In this document: in pieces, positions 18,961 to 28,984 of the stretch | Layout: each line of letters starts with the position of its first letter | Position numbering within the stretch: position 1 is the stretch's first letter | Assembly: GCA_965247115.1 (NCBI GenBank) | Contig: CBDFGR010000001.1 | Coordinates: 248,201-312,200 of the forward strand | Direction of reading: 5' to 3' | DNA from: Myxococcota bacterium | GTDB lineage: Bacteria; Myxococcota_A; UBA9160; SZUA-336 | Length of the DNA: 64,000 bases | Program-made: the position numbers and the translations under genes | The notes under the pieces: generated by a model | Database searches by the model: none | Told to the model about the DNA's origin: nothing | What the model saw: the letters and a program-made list of their open reading frames with translations, nothing else

Positions 18961-20127
18961 ATGAGTCTGCGTCTGCTGCCAGCTCTCCTGTTTCTCGCCC
19001 TCGCCTGCGGCGAACGCAGCGCCGAGTTCGCGGAGCCGCGCCGCGCGCTGTGGGTGCTGGCGGAGGGAACGCATCGCACGCTCGAGGATCCTGCAAAGAT
19101 CGACCAGCTCGTTCGCGATGCGGTCGAGCTCCACGTGAGCGACTTGTTCGTGCAGGTGTATCGCTCGGGCAAGAGCTGGTTTCCATCGGAGCGGGCCGAC
19201 GACTCGCCCTATCGGGCGATTCGAGCTGCGGGGCACGACGACCCCCTGCCACGCGTCGTCGAGCGAGCGCACGCTGCCGGGCTGCGCGTGCACGCCTGGT
19301 TCAATGCACTGTCCCTGGCCCGAAACGAGCGTGCCCCCCTGCTGGTGCGACTGGGACGCGACGCCGTGCTCGTGGATCGCGTCGGTCGCAACCTGCTCGA
19401 CTACCCCCGGTACGACGTGCCCCGTTCGCCCGACTTCTACACGCGCCTGGGGACCCCGGGAATCTGGCTGGATCCCGCGGGGCCGGGGGTGATCGAGTAC
19501 CTCGAGGGAACCGTAGACGACCTCGTGAAAAGCGCCCCCGATCTGGACGGTCTGCACCTGGACTACATTCGCCATCCGATCACGCTGCCCATGCTCCCCG
19601 GCTCGCGCTTCCGCGGCCTGGACTTCGGCTACGGCGCCGCGTCCAAGGAAGGATTCGTGGCCGAGCGCGGCGGCTTCCGTCTGGGCGATACCTGGGACGT
19701 CTACCGGCGCGAGCAAGTGGGCGAGGTTGTGCGTCGCCTCGGCGCGCGCCTGCCCGCAACCTGGGAGCACTCCGCTGCGGTCATGAGCTACGCGGATCGA
19801 GCGTACCTGACGGCAATGCAGGACTGGCGCCACTGGCTCGAGCAGGGTTGGCTCGACTTTGCCGTGGCCATGGCGTACACCAGGGATGACACATTGTTGC
19901 GTTACATGATCGGCGAGCTGCGGGGAGGCGTGGCTGGCGACCGCGTCTGGATCGGTGTCGGCTCCTGGCTGTTCGTCGCAGAGCCCGAACGCGCGGCTGC
20001 GCAGCTGGACGCCGCGCTGGCGGCGGTGCCGATGGGCGTGGCGATCTTCTCCTATGACGCGATCGCAGCGGCCCCGGAGGCACGGGCTGCGCTTGGGCCT
20101 CGGCCCAGGGTGGGAGCGGCGGAGTGA
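18961..20127 (+). CDS. Glycoside hydrolase-like family 10 (GHL10) lipoprotein
   Basis: Lipobox LALAC, RRALWV, LFVQV, RVHAWFN, WLDPA, DGLHLDYIR and QDWRHW motifs. Confidence 0.85.
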   Translation: MSLRLLPALLFLALACGERSAEFAEPRRALWVLAEGTHRTLEDPAKIDQLVRDAVELHVSDLFVQVYRSGKSWFPSERADDSPYRAIRAAGHDDPLPRVVERAHAAGLRVHAWFNALSLARNERAPLLVRLGRDAVLVDRVGRNLLDYPRYDVPRSPDFYTRLGTPGIWLDPAGPGVIEYLEGTVDDLVKSAPDLDGLHLDYIRHPITLPMLPGSRFRGLDFGYGAASKEGFVAERGGFRLGDTWDVYRREQVGEVVRRLGARLPATWEHSAAVMSYADRAYLTAMQDWRHWLEQGWLDFAVAMAYTRDDTLLRYMIGELRGGVAGDRVWIGVGSWLFVAEPERAAAQLDAALAAVPMGVAIFSYDAIAAAPEARAALGPRPRVGAAE

Positions 20128-21110
20128 TCCAGAAGGCAGACCTCGAGTACGAGCTGCCTCCCGGGCGGATCGCTCAACGCCCCGTCGAGCCGCGCGATGC
20201 GGCGCGGCTCCTCGTGCTCGAGCGAGCGAGTGGGCAGCTCAGCGAGCTGCGCTTCTCCGAACTTCCAGCGCACTTCGGCCCTCATGATCTCGCGATCGTG
20301 AACGACACCCGGGTCATTCCGGCGCGCCTGCGCGGTTGCAAGGTCTCGGGGGGCCAGGCCGAGGTCCTGCTCGTGGAGCGCGAGTCCGACGGGAGCTGGC
20401 TCGCCCTGCTCCGGACGGGCGGGCGCTTGCGAGCCGGTCTCCTGCTCCGCTTCGGTGAGCTCGAGGCGCGTGTCGAAGCGGTGCTGCCGGATGGAAGCTG
20501 CCGTCTGCGCCTCGACAAGGAGGAGCTGCTCGAGCAGCTCGGGGAGGTGCCGCTGCCGCCCTACATTCGGCGCGACGCGCCGCTGGCCAGCGACCCCGAA
20601 GACTACCAGAGCGTCTTCGCCGAAATTCCGGGCGCGGTGGCCGCCCCTACCGCCTCACTCCACTTCACGCCGGAGCTTGCGGCGCGGCTGCAGATTGCCA
20701 GGGTCACGCTCCACGTAGGGCCCGGCACGTTTCGGCCCATCCGCTGCGAGCGACTCGAGGACCACCGGATCGATCCCGAGCGTTTCGAGGTCCCCGCGGA
20801 GACGGCGTCTGCCATCGGCAGGGCGCGAGCGGTCGGTGGTTGCGTGACCGCGGTGGGAACCACGGTCGTGCGCGCGCTGGAAACCTCGGGAGAGCAGGCC
20901 GCATCGGGGCGCACGGGCCTGGTGATCTTGCCGGGCCACGAGTTCCGCGTTGTCGACTCGCTCATCACGAACTTTCACATGCCCGGCTCGAGCCTGCTTG
21001 CGCTGGTGCAGGCCTTTGCGGGTGTCGAGGCGACGAAGCGGGCATACGCACACGCCATCCGCGAAGGGTTTCGCTTCTATTCCTACGGAGACGCCATGTG
21101 GATTCGCTAG
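20124..21110 (+). CDS. queA: S-adenosylmethionine:tRNA ribosyltransferase-isomerase
   Basis: NDTRVIPARL, PLPPYI, GAVAAPTASLHF, TLHVGPGTF, TNFH and FRFYSYGDAM motifs. Confidence 0.96.
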   Translation: MIQKADLEYELPPGRIAQRPVEPRDAARLLVLERASGQLSELRFSELPAHFGPHDLAIVNDTRVIPARLRGCKVSGGQAEVLLVERESDGSWLALLRTGGRLRAGLLLRFGELEARVEAVLPDGSCRLRLDKEELLEQLGEVPLPPYIRRDAPLASDPEDYQSVFAEIPGAVAAPTASLHFTPELAARLQIARVTLHVGPGTFRPIRCERLEDHRIDPERFEVPAETASAIGRARAVGGCVTAVGTTVVRALETSGEQAASGRTGLVILPGHEFRVVDSLITNFHMPGSSLLALVQAFAGVEATKRAYAHAIREGFRFYSYGDAMWIR

Positions 21111-22264
21111 CCGCGATCCCACCCCGCTTCGAGACCCTCGCCCGTGACGGTGCGGCGCGCGTCGGTCAACTGCACACGACCCACGGCGTTCTCCACACGC
21201 CGGCCTTCCTGCCCGTGGGTACCTACGGGGCGGTGCGTGGTCTCACTCCCAGCGAGCTCCGCGAGGTGGGCGTGGAGGGCATCCTCACCAACACCTATCA
21301 CCTGCACCTGCGTCCGGGCGAGGAGTCCGTTTCCCGCCTCGGCGGCCTGCACCGCTTCATGGGCTGGAGTGGCCCGATCGCGACGGACTCCGGGGGCTTC
21401 CAGGTCTACTCGCTCGATCACCTGTGCCGGCGCAGCGAGGGCGGCGTCGAGTTCAAGAGCCCCATCGATGGGTCAACGCGCAGCCTGACGCCGGAGAGCT
21501 GCATCGAGATCCAGGAGCGTCTCGGGGCGGATCTGATCCTGGCGCTGGACGAGTTCGAGCCGATCCCGCGCGAGGGTTCCGCCGAGCAGGCCCGGCCGAT
21601 GATGGAGCGTACGCTTCGCTGGGCTGAGCGCTGCCGCGTGGCAGCCACACGAGCGGATCAGCTGCTATTCGGCATCGTGCAGGGGGGCGGCGCCGGCGCG
21701 CTTCGCGCGGAGAGCGCCCGAGAAACGGCGGCACTCGGCTTTGAGGCCTTCGCCATTGGCGGCCTCGGGCTTGGGGAGTCTCTGGAGCAACGTCGCGCCC
21801 TGGTAGACGTCGTGGTCGCCGAGCTGCCGGAGAGTCGGCCACGCTACTTGATGGGGGTCGGCCCGCCAGAGGACCTGATCCAGGCCGTGTCTCAAGGGAC
21901 GGATCTGTTCGACTGCGTCGTCCCCACGCGGGACGGGCGACACGGTTCCGTGTTTACCCGAGAGGGCCGGATCAATCTGCGCAACGCGCGCTTCCGCGAT
22001 GATGGGGGCCCGCTCGATCCGGAGTGCGGCGGTCCCTGCTGCGCGCACTACTCCCGCGCCTACCTACGGCACTTGCTCCGCTCCGGAGAGTTCCTGGCAC
22101 AGCGTCTCGTGAGCCTTCACAACCTCGCCTTCTACATGAGCTTGATGCGTGAAATGCGAGATTCCATCGCCGCCGGCAAACTTCAAGCATGGGTTGAAGG
22201 ATGGCGCGCTCGCTATGGGACATCCGCGGCGGCGACCACTTCGGCTACACACAGCGCGGCGTAG
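21098..22264 (+). CDS. tgt: tRNA-guanine transglycosylase
   Basis: TPAFLPVGT, NTYHL, TDSGGFQV, GIVQGG, RYLMGVG and DLFDCVVPTR motifs. GTG start overlaps the end of queA. Confidence 0.95.
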   Translation: MDSLAAIPPRFETLARDGAARVGQLHTTHGVLHTPAFLPVGTYGAVRGLTPSELREVGVEGILTNTYHLHLRPGEESVSRLGGLHRFMGWSGPIATDSGGFQVYSLDHLCRRSEGGVEFKSPIDGSTRSLTPESCIEIQERLGADLILALDEFEPIPREGSAEQARPMMERTLRWAERCRVAATRADQLLFGIVQGGGAGALRAESARETAALGFEAFAIGGLGLGESLEQRRALVDVVVAELPESRPRYLMGVGPPEDLIQAVSQGTDLFDCVVPTRDGRHGSVFTREGRINLRNARFRDDGGPLDPECGGPCCAHYSRAYLRHLLRSGEFLAQRLVSLHNLAFYMSLMREMRDSIAAGKLQAWVEGWRARYGTSAAATTSATHSAA

Positions 22265-23196
22265 GCGGGCAGCTTCGCCCCGAGCGCGCCTGCCTCGATG
22301 CGCACGTCAGCATGCACCGGCCAGAGCCGCTCCGACACACGAGCGCGTAGGTCGTCGAGGAACAGGTCCGCGTTTCGCTCAACGATCGTGCCGAGCACGA
22401 TTCTCTCCGGGTCCAGGCCGATCACGACTCCTGCCAGTCCCGTGGCGAGGTGATCGAGGAACTCTGCTCGGAGGGCGAGGGCGTACGGGTCGCCCGCTCG
22501 CAAGGACTCGACCCAGAGCCGCGTGCTGACTCTTGCCGGATCTCCCCCGGCCCTGGCCAGGATCTCGGGCGCCTGCCCCTCCTCGATGTCCTCGCGGATC
22601 CGTTCGGCCAGCCCGGCCCCGCTGACGTAGGCCTCGAGACACCCGCGCAGCCCACAGGAGCAGGGCCGACCACCCGGCACGATGGCAACATGCCCGATCT
22701 CGCCCGCGGAGAAGTGCGCGCCCCTGTAGAGTCGCGAGTCCAGGATCAAGCCAGCTCCGACTCCCGTGCTCATCGTCAGGTACACCATGTGAGCGCTGCC
22801 CTGCCCTGCCCCGAAGCGCCACTCTGCCAGCGCAGCCGCGTTGGCGTCGTTCTCGAGCCCACCCCGCAGGCCAAGTGCGGAGGAGAGCTCGGCTACGAGT
22901 GGCACGTCGTGCCAGCCGGGCAGGTTCGGGGCCTCCAGCACCACGCCGCGCACCGGATCGAGGGGACCAGGAGCGCACAGGCCCAGTGCATCCACCTCGG
23001 AAGACGAGACGCCGGTCTCGCGGAGCAGATGTCCTGCCTGCGCCTCGAGGGCTCCGAGATCCGCCTGCCAGGACCCGCTCGTCCAGTCCTCCCGGCGGGA
23101 TTCAGCCACGATCTCGCCGTTCGCGCGCCCGAGGGCGGCGACCGTCTTCGTACCGCCAATGTCCAGTCCCAGGAGCAAACGCTTCGGTTCTGGCAA
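22213..23196 (-). CDS. ROK family sugar kinase (glucokinase-like)
   Basis: GLDIGGTK, ENDANAAALAE, STGVGAG, GEIGH and CSCGLRGCLE motifs. Probable TTG start at 23196. Confidence 0.92.
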   Translation of the reverse strand: MPEPKRLLLGLDIGGTKTVAALGRANGEIVAESRREDWTSGSWQADLGALEAQAGHLLRETGVSSSEVDALGLCAPGPLDPVRGVVLEAPNLPGWHDVPLVAELSSALGLRGGLENDANAAALAEWRFGAGQGSAHMVYLTMSTGVGAGLILDSRLYRGAHFSAGEIGHVAIVPGGRPCSCGLRGCLEAYVSGAGLAERIREDIEEGQAPEILARAGGDPARVSTRLWVESLRAGDPYALALRAEFLDHLATGLAGVVIGLDPERIVLGTIVERNADLFLDDLRARVSERLWPVHADVRIEAGALGAKLPAYAALCVAEVVAAADVP

Positions 23197-23270
23197 CCCA
23201 CTCTCCCGTACAGGTCTAGGACGTGAAAATGCCACTTCGTGAATGAGCGGTCCCGTCCGATAGGAGGGGA

Positions 23271-23729
23271 ATGCACAACCGAGTCGTCCCGATCCTGATT
23301 CTGGCGAGCGTGACCCTGGCTGGCTGCTCACTTGGCCGGGGCAACCCGGAGTTCCTGATCCCAGCCAAGCGCGTGGCTGTGGTGCGGGATACCGCGGAGC
23401 GCTACGGCGACAATCTGCGCTGGGGACGGCTGGACGCGGCGCTCGGGATGGTCGAGCCGGACCGCCGAGCGATGTTTCTCGCGACCTTCCGCGATGCGAA
23501 CCCCCCACTGCGCTTCACGAATTTCGAGATCGTCACGGTCGAGCTCGGCACCTCGCGAGAGGAGGTGGAGGTGCTGGCGAGCTTTCGACTCTACCGCCTG
23601 CCGAACCTCTCAGAGCGGAGCGTTCACGAGCTGCAAGTCTGGCGCTTCGACCCGGCACGAGGCCGCTGGTACATCCGTCCGGACCTGTCGCTGTTTCTCG
23701 ATTCCGGAGTCAGTGCGGGCGGTCGCTGA
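23271..23729 (+). CDS. Hypothetical lipoprotein
   Basis: Lipobox LAGC and strong SD (GGAGG). Confidence 0.7.
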   Translation: MHNRVVPILILASVTLAGCSLGRGNPEFLIPAKRVAVVRDTAERYGDNLRWGRLDAALGMVEPDRRAMFLATFRDANPPLRFTNFEIVTVELGTSREEVEVLASFRLYRLPNLSERSVHELQVWRFDPARGRWYIRPDLSLFLDSGVSAGGR

Positions 23730-24189
23730 TATAGATGAGCGGCTTATCGCCTCGTGAGACGACCGTGTGCGGCGTCATGATGCCGTTGCGAGTGAGATAC
23801 CGCCTGCGATCGACGTAGATCGGCTCGTCCCGCTCGGGATCCACCTGGAGCACGATTGCATCGTCGATCTGCAGCCCGAGCGTGACGCTGTGGTTGGACT
23901 TCTCTGGCTTCGCCGGCCTTGAGACCGCCGGCGCCTCGGGCACAGGGAGCGTGGTCAGCGCGGTGGCAATGGAGGCGCCGTGCTGGGCGACGGACAGCCG
24001 CTCGTAGTCCGCAAGCGCTCGATCGTCCTGTCTCTCGGCCCGGTCCGCGTAGCGGGCCGGAATCCGTGCGGCGTCATCGGTGAACGAGAGGACGCCGCTT
24101 TCGGTCTCGTACTGATAGAAGTCGGCTGACGCCGCCATCGGCGTCAGCAGTAGCGCCGCGGCGAGCGCCGTTCGCAGAGTAGCCGTCAT
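23710..24189 (-). CDS. DUF4124-domain exported protein
   Basis: Signal peptide ...ASA|DFYQYETESGVLSFTDD...IPARY. Confidence 0.75.
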   Translation of the reverse strand: MTATLRTALAAALLLTPMAASADFYQYETESGVLSFTDDAARIPARYADRAERQDDRALADYERLSVAQHGASIATALTTLPVPEAPAVSRPAKPEKSNHSVTLGLQIDDAIVLQVDPERDEPIYVDRRRYLTRNGIMTPHTVVSRGDKPLIYISDRPH

Positions 24190-24466
24190 TCGCTTCCCTC
24201 CCCTAGCTGACACAAGGCTACTCATGTGTCGCCGCAAGTCCACAACAAAGTGTCGCCCTAGGGGCGCATGCGCTCGCAACACTGCTGGCTACGAGGGCGT
24301 CTGCACAGCGGAAACGAGAATCGTCAGATGTCTGTCTTCGAGATGGCGTCTCGCAGGCAACCCGTCCCGAACGCGATCCACCACGGCGTCAAGTCGGCCG
24401 TCAGTTCAGTCGATGAACGCCTGAGGAGCGGCGGCTCGATGGCCCTCCGAGTATGGAAGGTGAGAG

Positions 24467-24784
24467 ATGCTGAAAGACGCCGAAGTCAAGCGAGTCATCG
24501 AGGCGATTACCGAGTACAGAGAGCTGGTGGAGCATTCCACCGACATGCGCGACCAGCTGGAGTCGCTGCACGAACGCTGGCATGGGCTCAAGGAGGAGCG
24601 GGATGGTCTCCGAGTCAGTCTCGACAAGCTCCATCAGACCCTCTCGCAGCTCAAAGCAGACTACCAGGTGATGATGAAAAGGGTGAACGATCTTTCCTCG
24701 ACAGAAGACACCGTGCTCGACAACGTGAAGTTCCTGATCGACGAGTTGGACTCCACCCTGCGAAAGCACGAAACCCCGAGCTAG
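24467..24784 (+). CDS. Small coiled-coil protein
   Basis: 105 aa heptad-rich ORF, first gene of a tight three-gene run. Confidence 0.7.
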   Translation: MLKDAEVKRVIEAITEYRELVEHSTDMRDQLESLHERWHGLKEERDGLRVSLDKLHQTLSQLKADYQVMMKRVNDLSSTEDTVLDNVKFLIDELDSTLRKHETPS

Positions 24785-24800
24785 GCTGCCACACGACGGC

Positions 24801-25817
24801 ATGACGCTGATGTTTTGGAAGGCATCCAGTCCCTTCACAGACGAGGGCCAGATCGAGGTCGAAGGGCAGAAGGACGGCGAGCGGAACATCCCCGACATGG
24901 GATCGTACCAGCCTGCGCAGTTCGAGCAGGCGCTGGTCGCCCACGGAGAGCGGGACGTCCAGCGGATCTACGAGAAGTCCTCGCAGAAGATCGCGAAGCT
25001 GCAGCCCATCTTTCAGGCCTGCCAGCGGCGCCTCACAGACCTCGAGACGCGCCTCCAGGCTGTCGGTAATCGCTACAAGGCAAGGAAGAGCGAGCTCGGC
25101 CGAGACTTTGCCAGCCGCTTCCCGCACAAGTATCACGTCGCCCTGATCATCTTCCTTGGAGTGGGCGAGTTTCCGCTCAACACGATCGTGTTCCGACTGT
25201 TCGGTGAGCCGGAGTTCCTGACCTACGTGATGGCATCGACGCTCGCCATTACCATCCCCCTACTCGGGCTGTTCATCGGCATCCACCTTCGCCAAACCGT
25301 GCCAGCCACCATCGGAAACATCCTGATCGGCGTCTTGACACCCGGCGTTGCGGCGGCCTCCCTGTTCTCGATCAGCCAGCTGAGAAACACCTACATTGTC
25401 TCTCAGGCCACCGATATCGCGGACGCCGCGTTCACCGGCCAAGACGAGCTGGCCTTTGCCCTCTTCGCCCTGAACGCCCTGGTGTTCTGTGGTGCGATGG
25501 TGAGCGCCTTCTTTTCCCACGATGCCGATGAGAAGCTCGACTCCTGCCACGGCTCGCTAGCAGTACTCGATCGGAAGACCAACACGGTTCGAAGACAGCA
25601 GCTCAAGATCGGCACCAGGATCAACGGCGAGATCCAACGCGCCAAGAGCAAGGTCGAGCAGGTGAGAGCGCTGTCGAGCGAGCGCATTGCCCTCTACCGA
25701 CGCACGAACATCCGTTGCCGCAGCCTCCTACCGCCGCCCTCCTTCCGAAAGAGCCCCGACTATGCCGAGCTGGACTGGTGGCCCGAGGTTGCGCTCAACA
25801 CGGGAAACCGCTCGTGA
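24801..25817 (+). CDS. Four-TM membrane protein with flanking coiled coils
   Basis: Four hydrophobic segments between N- and C-terminal helical regions. Confidence 0.75.
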   Translation: MTLMFWKASSPFTDEGQIEVEGQKDGERNIPDMGSYQPAQFEQALVAHGERDVQRIYEKSSQKIAKLQPIFQACQRRLTDLETRLQAVGNRYKARKSELGRDFASRFPHKYHVALIIFLGVGEFPLNTIVFRLFGEPEFLTYVMASTLAITIPLLGLFIGIHLRQTVPATIGNILIGVLTPGVAAASLFSISQLRNTYIVSQATDIADAAFTGQDELAFALFALNALVFCGAMVSAFFSHDADEKLDSCHGSLAVLDRKTNTVRRQQLKIGTRINGEIQRAKSKVEQVRALSSERIALYRRTNIRCRSLLPPPSFRKSPDYAELDWWPEVALNTGNRS

Positions 25818-26599
25818 GACTGCGCCCCCGCCTCTCCCTCCTACTCCTCGCTGGTTCTCTCGCCGGGACCGCATGCTTCGTCTCGTCAACGGCCGTGGAC
25901 TCCGTCGCGAAGGAGATCATCATCTTCGTGGACTTCTCGGAGAGCATCCGGGGCGAGAACATGTCTTTGATCCAGCAGGACTTCGCGGAGCTCATCCTCC
26001 CTTCTCTCGGGCCTGGCGATCGCATCCTGGTGGCCCCGATCAATGAGAGGACCCTCACGAGCTTTCACCCGCTGATCGATGCGACCCTCCCGGCGAAGCC
26101 CGCGTTCAACGGCTGGGCGGACAACACCCTGGCCTACAACAAGGAGGTGAAGGTCGTCGAGGAGGAGGTTGCGCGCGTTCGCGAGCAGCTGTCCACGCAG
26201 GTGCCCGAAGCGTTGGCCCAAGGAGGCTCCAGCCTGAAGACCGACATCTTCAGCTCGCTCCTGATGGCCGAGAAGCTTTTCGAGGACGAGCCGACCCGAA
26301 AGGTCCTGATCCTCATGTCCGACATGATCGTCGACTACCCGCCCTATCGCTTCGACAAGATCGCTTGGACCCCCGAGAAGAACAAGGAGCTGCTCCGCGA
26401 GCTTGTCGAGAAGGGCATGATGCCCGACCTCTCCGGCGTGTGCGTCTACGTGTCCGGAGCCTCCGCCGGAACCGCAGAGCTGGCCGGCCAGATCAGCGCC
26501 TTTTGGCACGCTTTCTTTACGCTCAGCAACGCGAACCTCGACTCGAGCCGCTACGCCCATGTGCTCCTGCACTGGCCTCCGCCCGAGGCCTGCAGCTAG
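25814..26599 (+). CDS. Exported vWA-like (MIDAS) protein
   Basis: GTGA overlap with the upstream gene, signal/lipobox-like N-terminus, DxSxS (VDFSESI), KTDIFSSL and LILMSDM. Confidence 0.7.
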   Translation: MRLRPRLSLLLLAGSLAGTACFVSSTAVDSVAKEIIIFVDFSESIRGENMSLIQQDFAELILPSLGPGDRILVAPINERTLTSFHPLIDATLPAKPAFNGWADNTLAYNKEVKVVEEEVARVREQLSTQVPEALAQGGSSLKTDIFSSLLMAEKLFEDEPTRKVLILMSDMIVDYPPYRFDKIAWTPEKNKELLRELVEKGMMPDLSGVCVYVSGASAGTAELAGQISAFWHAFFTLSNANLDSSRYAHVLLHWPPPEACS

Positions 26600-27327
26600 G
26601 GCGCCAGCCCCGTCCCCAGACGAGCCAGGTAGCTGCGGATCCGAGCGGCGTTCTTTCCGACGTCGCTCTGCCCGACTCGCGACAGCGAACGCACGTCGAC
26701 CCTGCTCCCGGACGCGCTGGCTGCCACTCGGATCACCACGTCGTCTACGAAACCAAACCAGAACGTGGTGTCCGAGGCCTCGACTCGACCCTCGCCTTCG
26801 CTCGCGTCGACGATCGTCCAGCCCATCGCCTCGGCCGCGCCAAGGGCCGCCTCGAAGACTCGCCCCGGCTCCAGGTCGTAGCTGGCGGTAGCGATATCTG
26901 GATAGGCCTCTAACTGCTGCGCCGCGAGCTCCGCTCCGCCGTACTCCGCAGAGTTCGGTGCGTCCGCCCGCAGCGGCAGGATCGCGACGAAGGCCGGGGG
27001 GTCGGCCGTATCCGTGGTGATGTCGTGTATCGGCGGCACCGCCCGGGCCACCCGCAGGTAGCCTAGAGGAACGGTGAACGCGGGCACGGCAAGCACTACT
27101 CCGAGCAGCCCCAAGAGCCCAGTGCGTCTCCTTTTCCCTGCCACCCCACCAACCCCGCCGATCGCCGAGACGACGGCCGCTCCAATCGCACCGTACACGG
27201 CCCAGCGGAGCACGACAAAGCTCGATCCCAGTCCCCAGAGGCCCAGCTGGTATCCAACCCCGGAGAACGCTGCGGTGAACGCACTGAAGACGGCCACAGC
27301 GAGACCGAGCATCGCGACATGTCTCAT
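26596..27327 (-). CDS. DUF1499 domain membrane protein
   Basis: PPIHDITTD, FWFGFVDDVVIRV and DVRSLSRVGQSDVGKNAARI motifs. Confidence 0.9.
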   Translation of the reverse strand: MRHVAMLGLAVAVFSAFTAAFSGVGYQLGLWGLGSSFVVLRWAVYGAIGAAVVSAIGGVGGVAGKRRRTGLLGLLGVVLAVPAFTVPLGYLRVARAVPPIHDITTDTADPPAFVAILPLRADAPNSAEYGGAELAAQQLEAYPDIATASYDLEPGRVFEAALGAAEAMGWTIVDASEGEGRVEASDTTFWFGFVDDVVIRVAASASGSRVDVRSLSRVGQSDVGKNAARIRSYLARLGTGLAP

Positions 27328-27354
27328 AGCGGCGATTCTATCCGCTGGGCAGAA

Positions 27355-27382
27355 TTGACAGATCCGCCAGCCCAGATAGACT
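27355..27382 (+). promoter_or_regulatory. Sigma-70-type promoter for tRNA-fMet
   Basis: TTGACA (27355-27360), 16-nt spacer, TAGACT (27377-27382), 15 nt before the tRNA. Confidence 0.65.
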
Positions 27383-27393
27383 CGCCGGTCGCC

Positions 27394-27474
<81 letters not shown>

Positions 27475-27479
27475 TGTAA

Positions 27480-27508
27480 GCCCCCGGAATCATTTAGATT
27501 CCGGGGGC
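27480..27508 (+). terminator. 12-bp hairpin directly after tRNA-fMet
   Basis: GCCCCCGGAATC-attta-GATTCCGGGGGC. There is no strong U-tract, so it could also be an att-associated hairpin. Confidence 0.55.
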
Positions 27509-27591
27509 TCTCCGCGGCTCCGCAAAGAGTGGGTCTTGGGAGTTCGTTGGGACTTTTGGTTGGAGGTCGACCCCAGGAGGATCAGTCGCGA

Positions 27592-28457
27592 ATGGCACGT
27601 CGGAAGGCACCAGGACCGCCACCGATCGAAATGCGCCAGTTTACGGAGCCCGAGCTGGTCGACGGAATCCGTAAACTCCGGCGGCGTATCGCCCAAGTCC
27701 AAGGACTCGACCCCGAAGCGATCAGCTTTGACGACGCACGGGTACACACCGTCGAGTCGAATGTCCACGTAACGATCAGAGAGGTCTTTGGCTCGAACTC
27801 GCCCGAGTTCGATGAGCACCAGTACACCACATCTGGCACGGTGGTATCAACGTGATGGATGACAACTACGTCCGGCAGGGCAAGTTTGCGGAAGGCATTC
27901 CTCAAACAGTCGCGATGCTCGAAGGCTTGGTGGAAAGGCTTGAAGAGAAGAGGAGCGATCTCGCAGATGACCGACCATTCTGGACCTCGGGCGGGCTGGA
28001 GCCGGTGACGGATTCAAGGCGTGTTTTCCTCGTTCACGGGCATGATGAAGCAGCGCGCGAGAGCGTTGCTCGGCTGCTTGAGAAGTTGGATCTGGAAGTC
28101 GTCATACTCCACGAGAAGGCGAACTCTGGCGGGACTCTGATCGAGAAGTTTGAGAAGAACGCCGACGTTGCCTTTGCCGTAGTACTCCTGACGCCGGACG
28201 ACTTCGATCGCGCTCAGGGAGAACCCGCTGAGGTCGAGGAGCATCGCGCGCGCCAGAATGTGATTTTGGAGCTCGGTTACTTCATTGGTAGGCTCGGCCG
28301 CAACCGGGTTTGTCCGCTCTATAAAGAAGGCGTTGTGCTTCCAGGCGATTTCGCCGGAGTGACCTACGTTCCGCTCGACGATAGCGGGGGATGGCAGCTC
28401 AAGTTGGCGAGGGAGCTACGCGAAGCGGGCCTAGACGTAGACCTCAATCGGATCTAG
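27592..28457 (+). pseudogene. TIR-like nucleotide-binding protein (CAP12/Pycsar-effector TIR family), split by a 1-nt frameshift near 27825
   Basis: C-terminal part has RVFLVHGHD, ILHEKANSGGTLIEKFE, FAVVLLTPDD and RARQNVILELGYF. Adding one C in tac(c)accacatc joins both ORFs into 288 aa (…HQYHHIWHGGINVMDD…). Confidence 0.8.
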
Positions 28458-28984
28458 AGCGAGGAAGCTCTCAGCGCTGTCTCAACTGCTGACAGTAGGT
28501 CGGCCGGCACGTCTGCTTTGCCGAGGTCTAACGGCTGCCTGTACGCTGAGCCACCGGCCCATTTGGCATAGTGCCTCGCCGTCACCGCAACGTCAGCGTG
28601 ACCGAGCTGCTGCGAGACGTAGCCGAGCTGTACCCCGACCGTGAGCAGCTGGCTCGCGAATGTGTCGCGGAGATCCTTCGGCCGTCGCCTCCCGATTCCC
28701 GCAGCCTTGCAGACGTGAGTGAAGTGGCGACTCCGGTAGTTCGAGGAGTCGGCATCGAGCACGACGATCTCGTCGGGTCCGGGGCGCCCGGCCTCGAGAT
28801 ATCGCTTCTGGAGGAGCTGGCGCAACCGCCGTGACAGCGCCACCGCCCGCGATCGCCCGCTCTTCGTCGTGCCTTCGTGGCGACCTCGTGCCTTCGTCGT
28901 CGCGATCGTGAGTCCCCGCGAAGTATCGGAGGCATCCCGCCCCCACCAGACGTCGCCCCACCGAAGCCCGAGCGCTTCGCCTAG
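28454..28984 (-). pseudogene. Tyrosine recombinase/integrase C-terminal fragment A, truncated by IS
   Basis: LGEALGLRWGDV, KDLRDTFAS and QQLGHADVAVTARHY motifs. The N-terminus and first catalytic Arg are missing at the IS junction. Confidence 0.85.
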
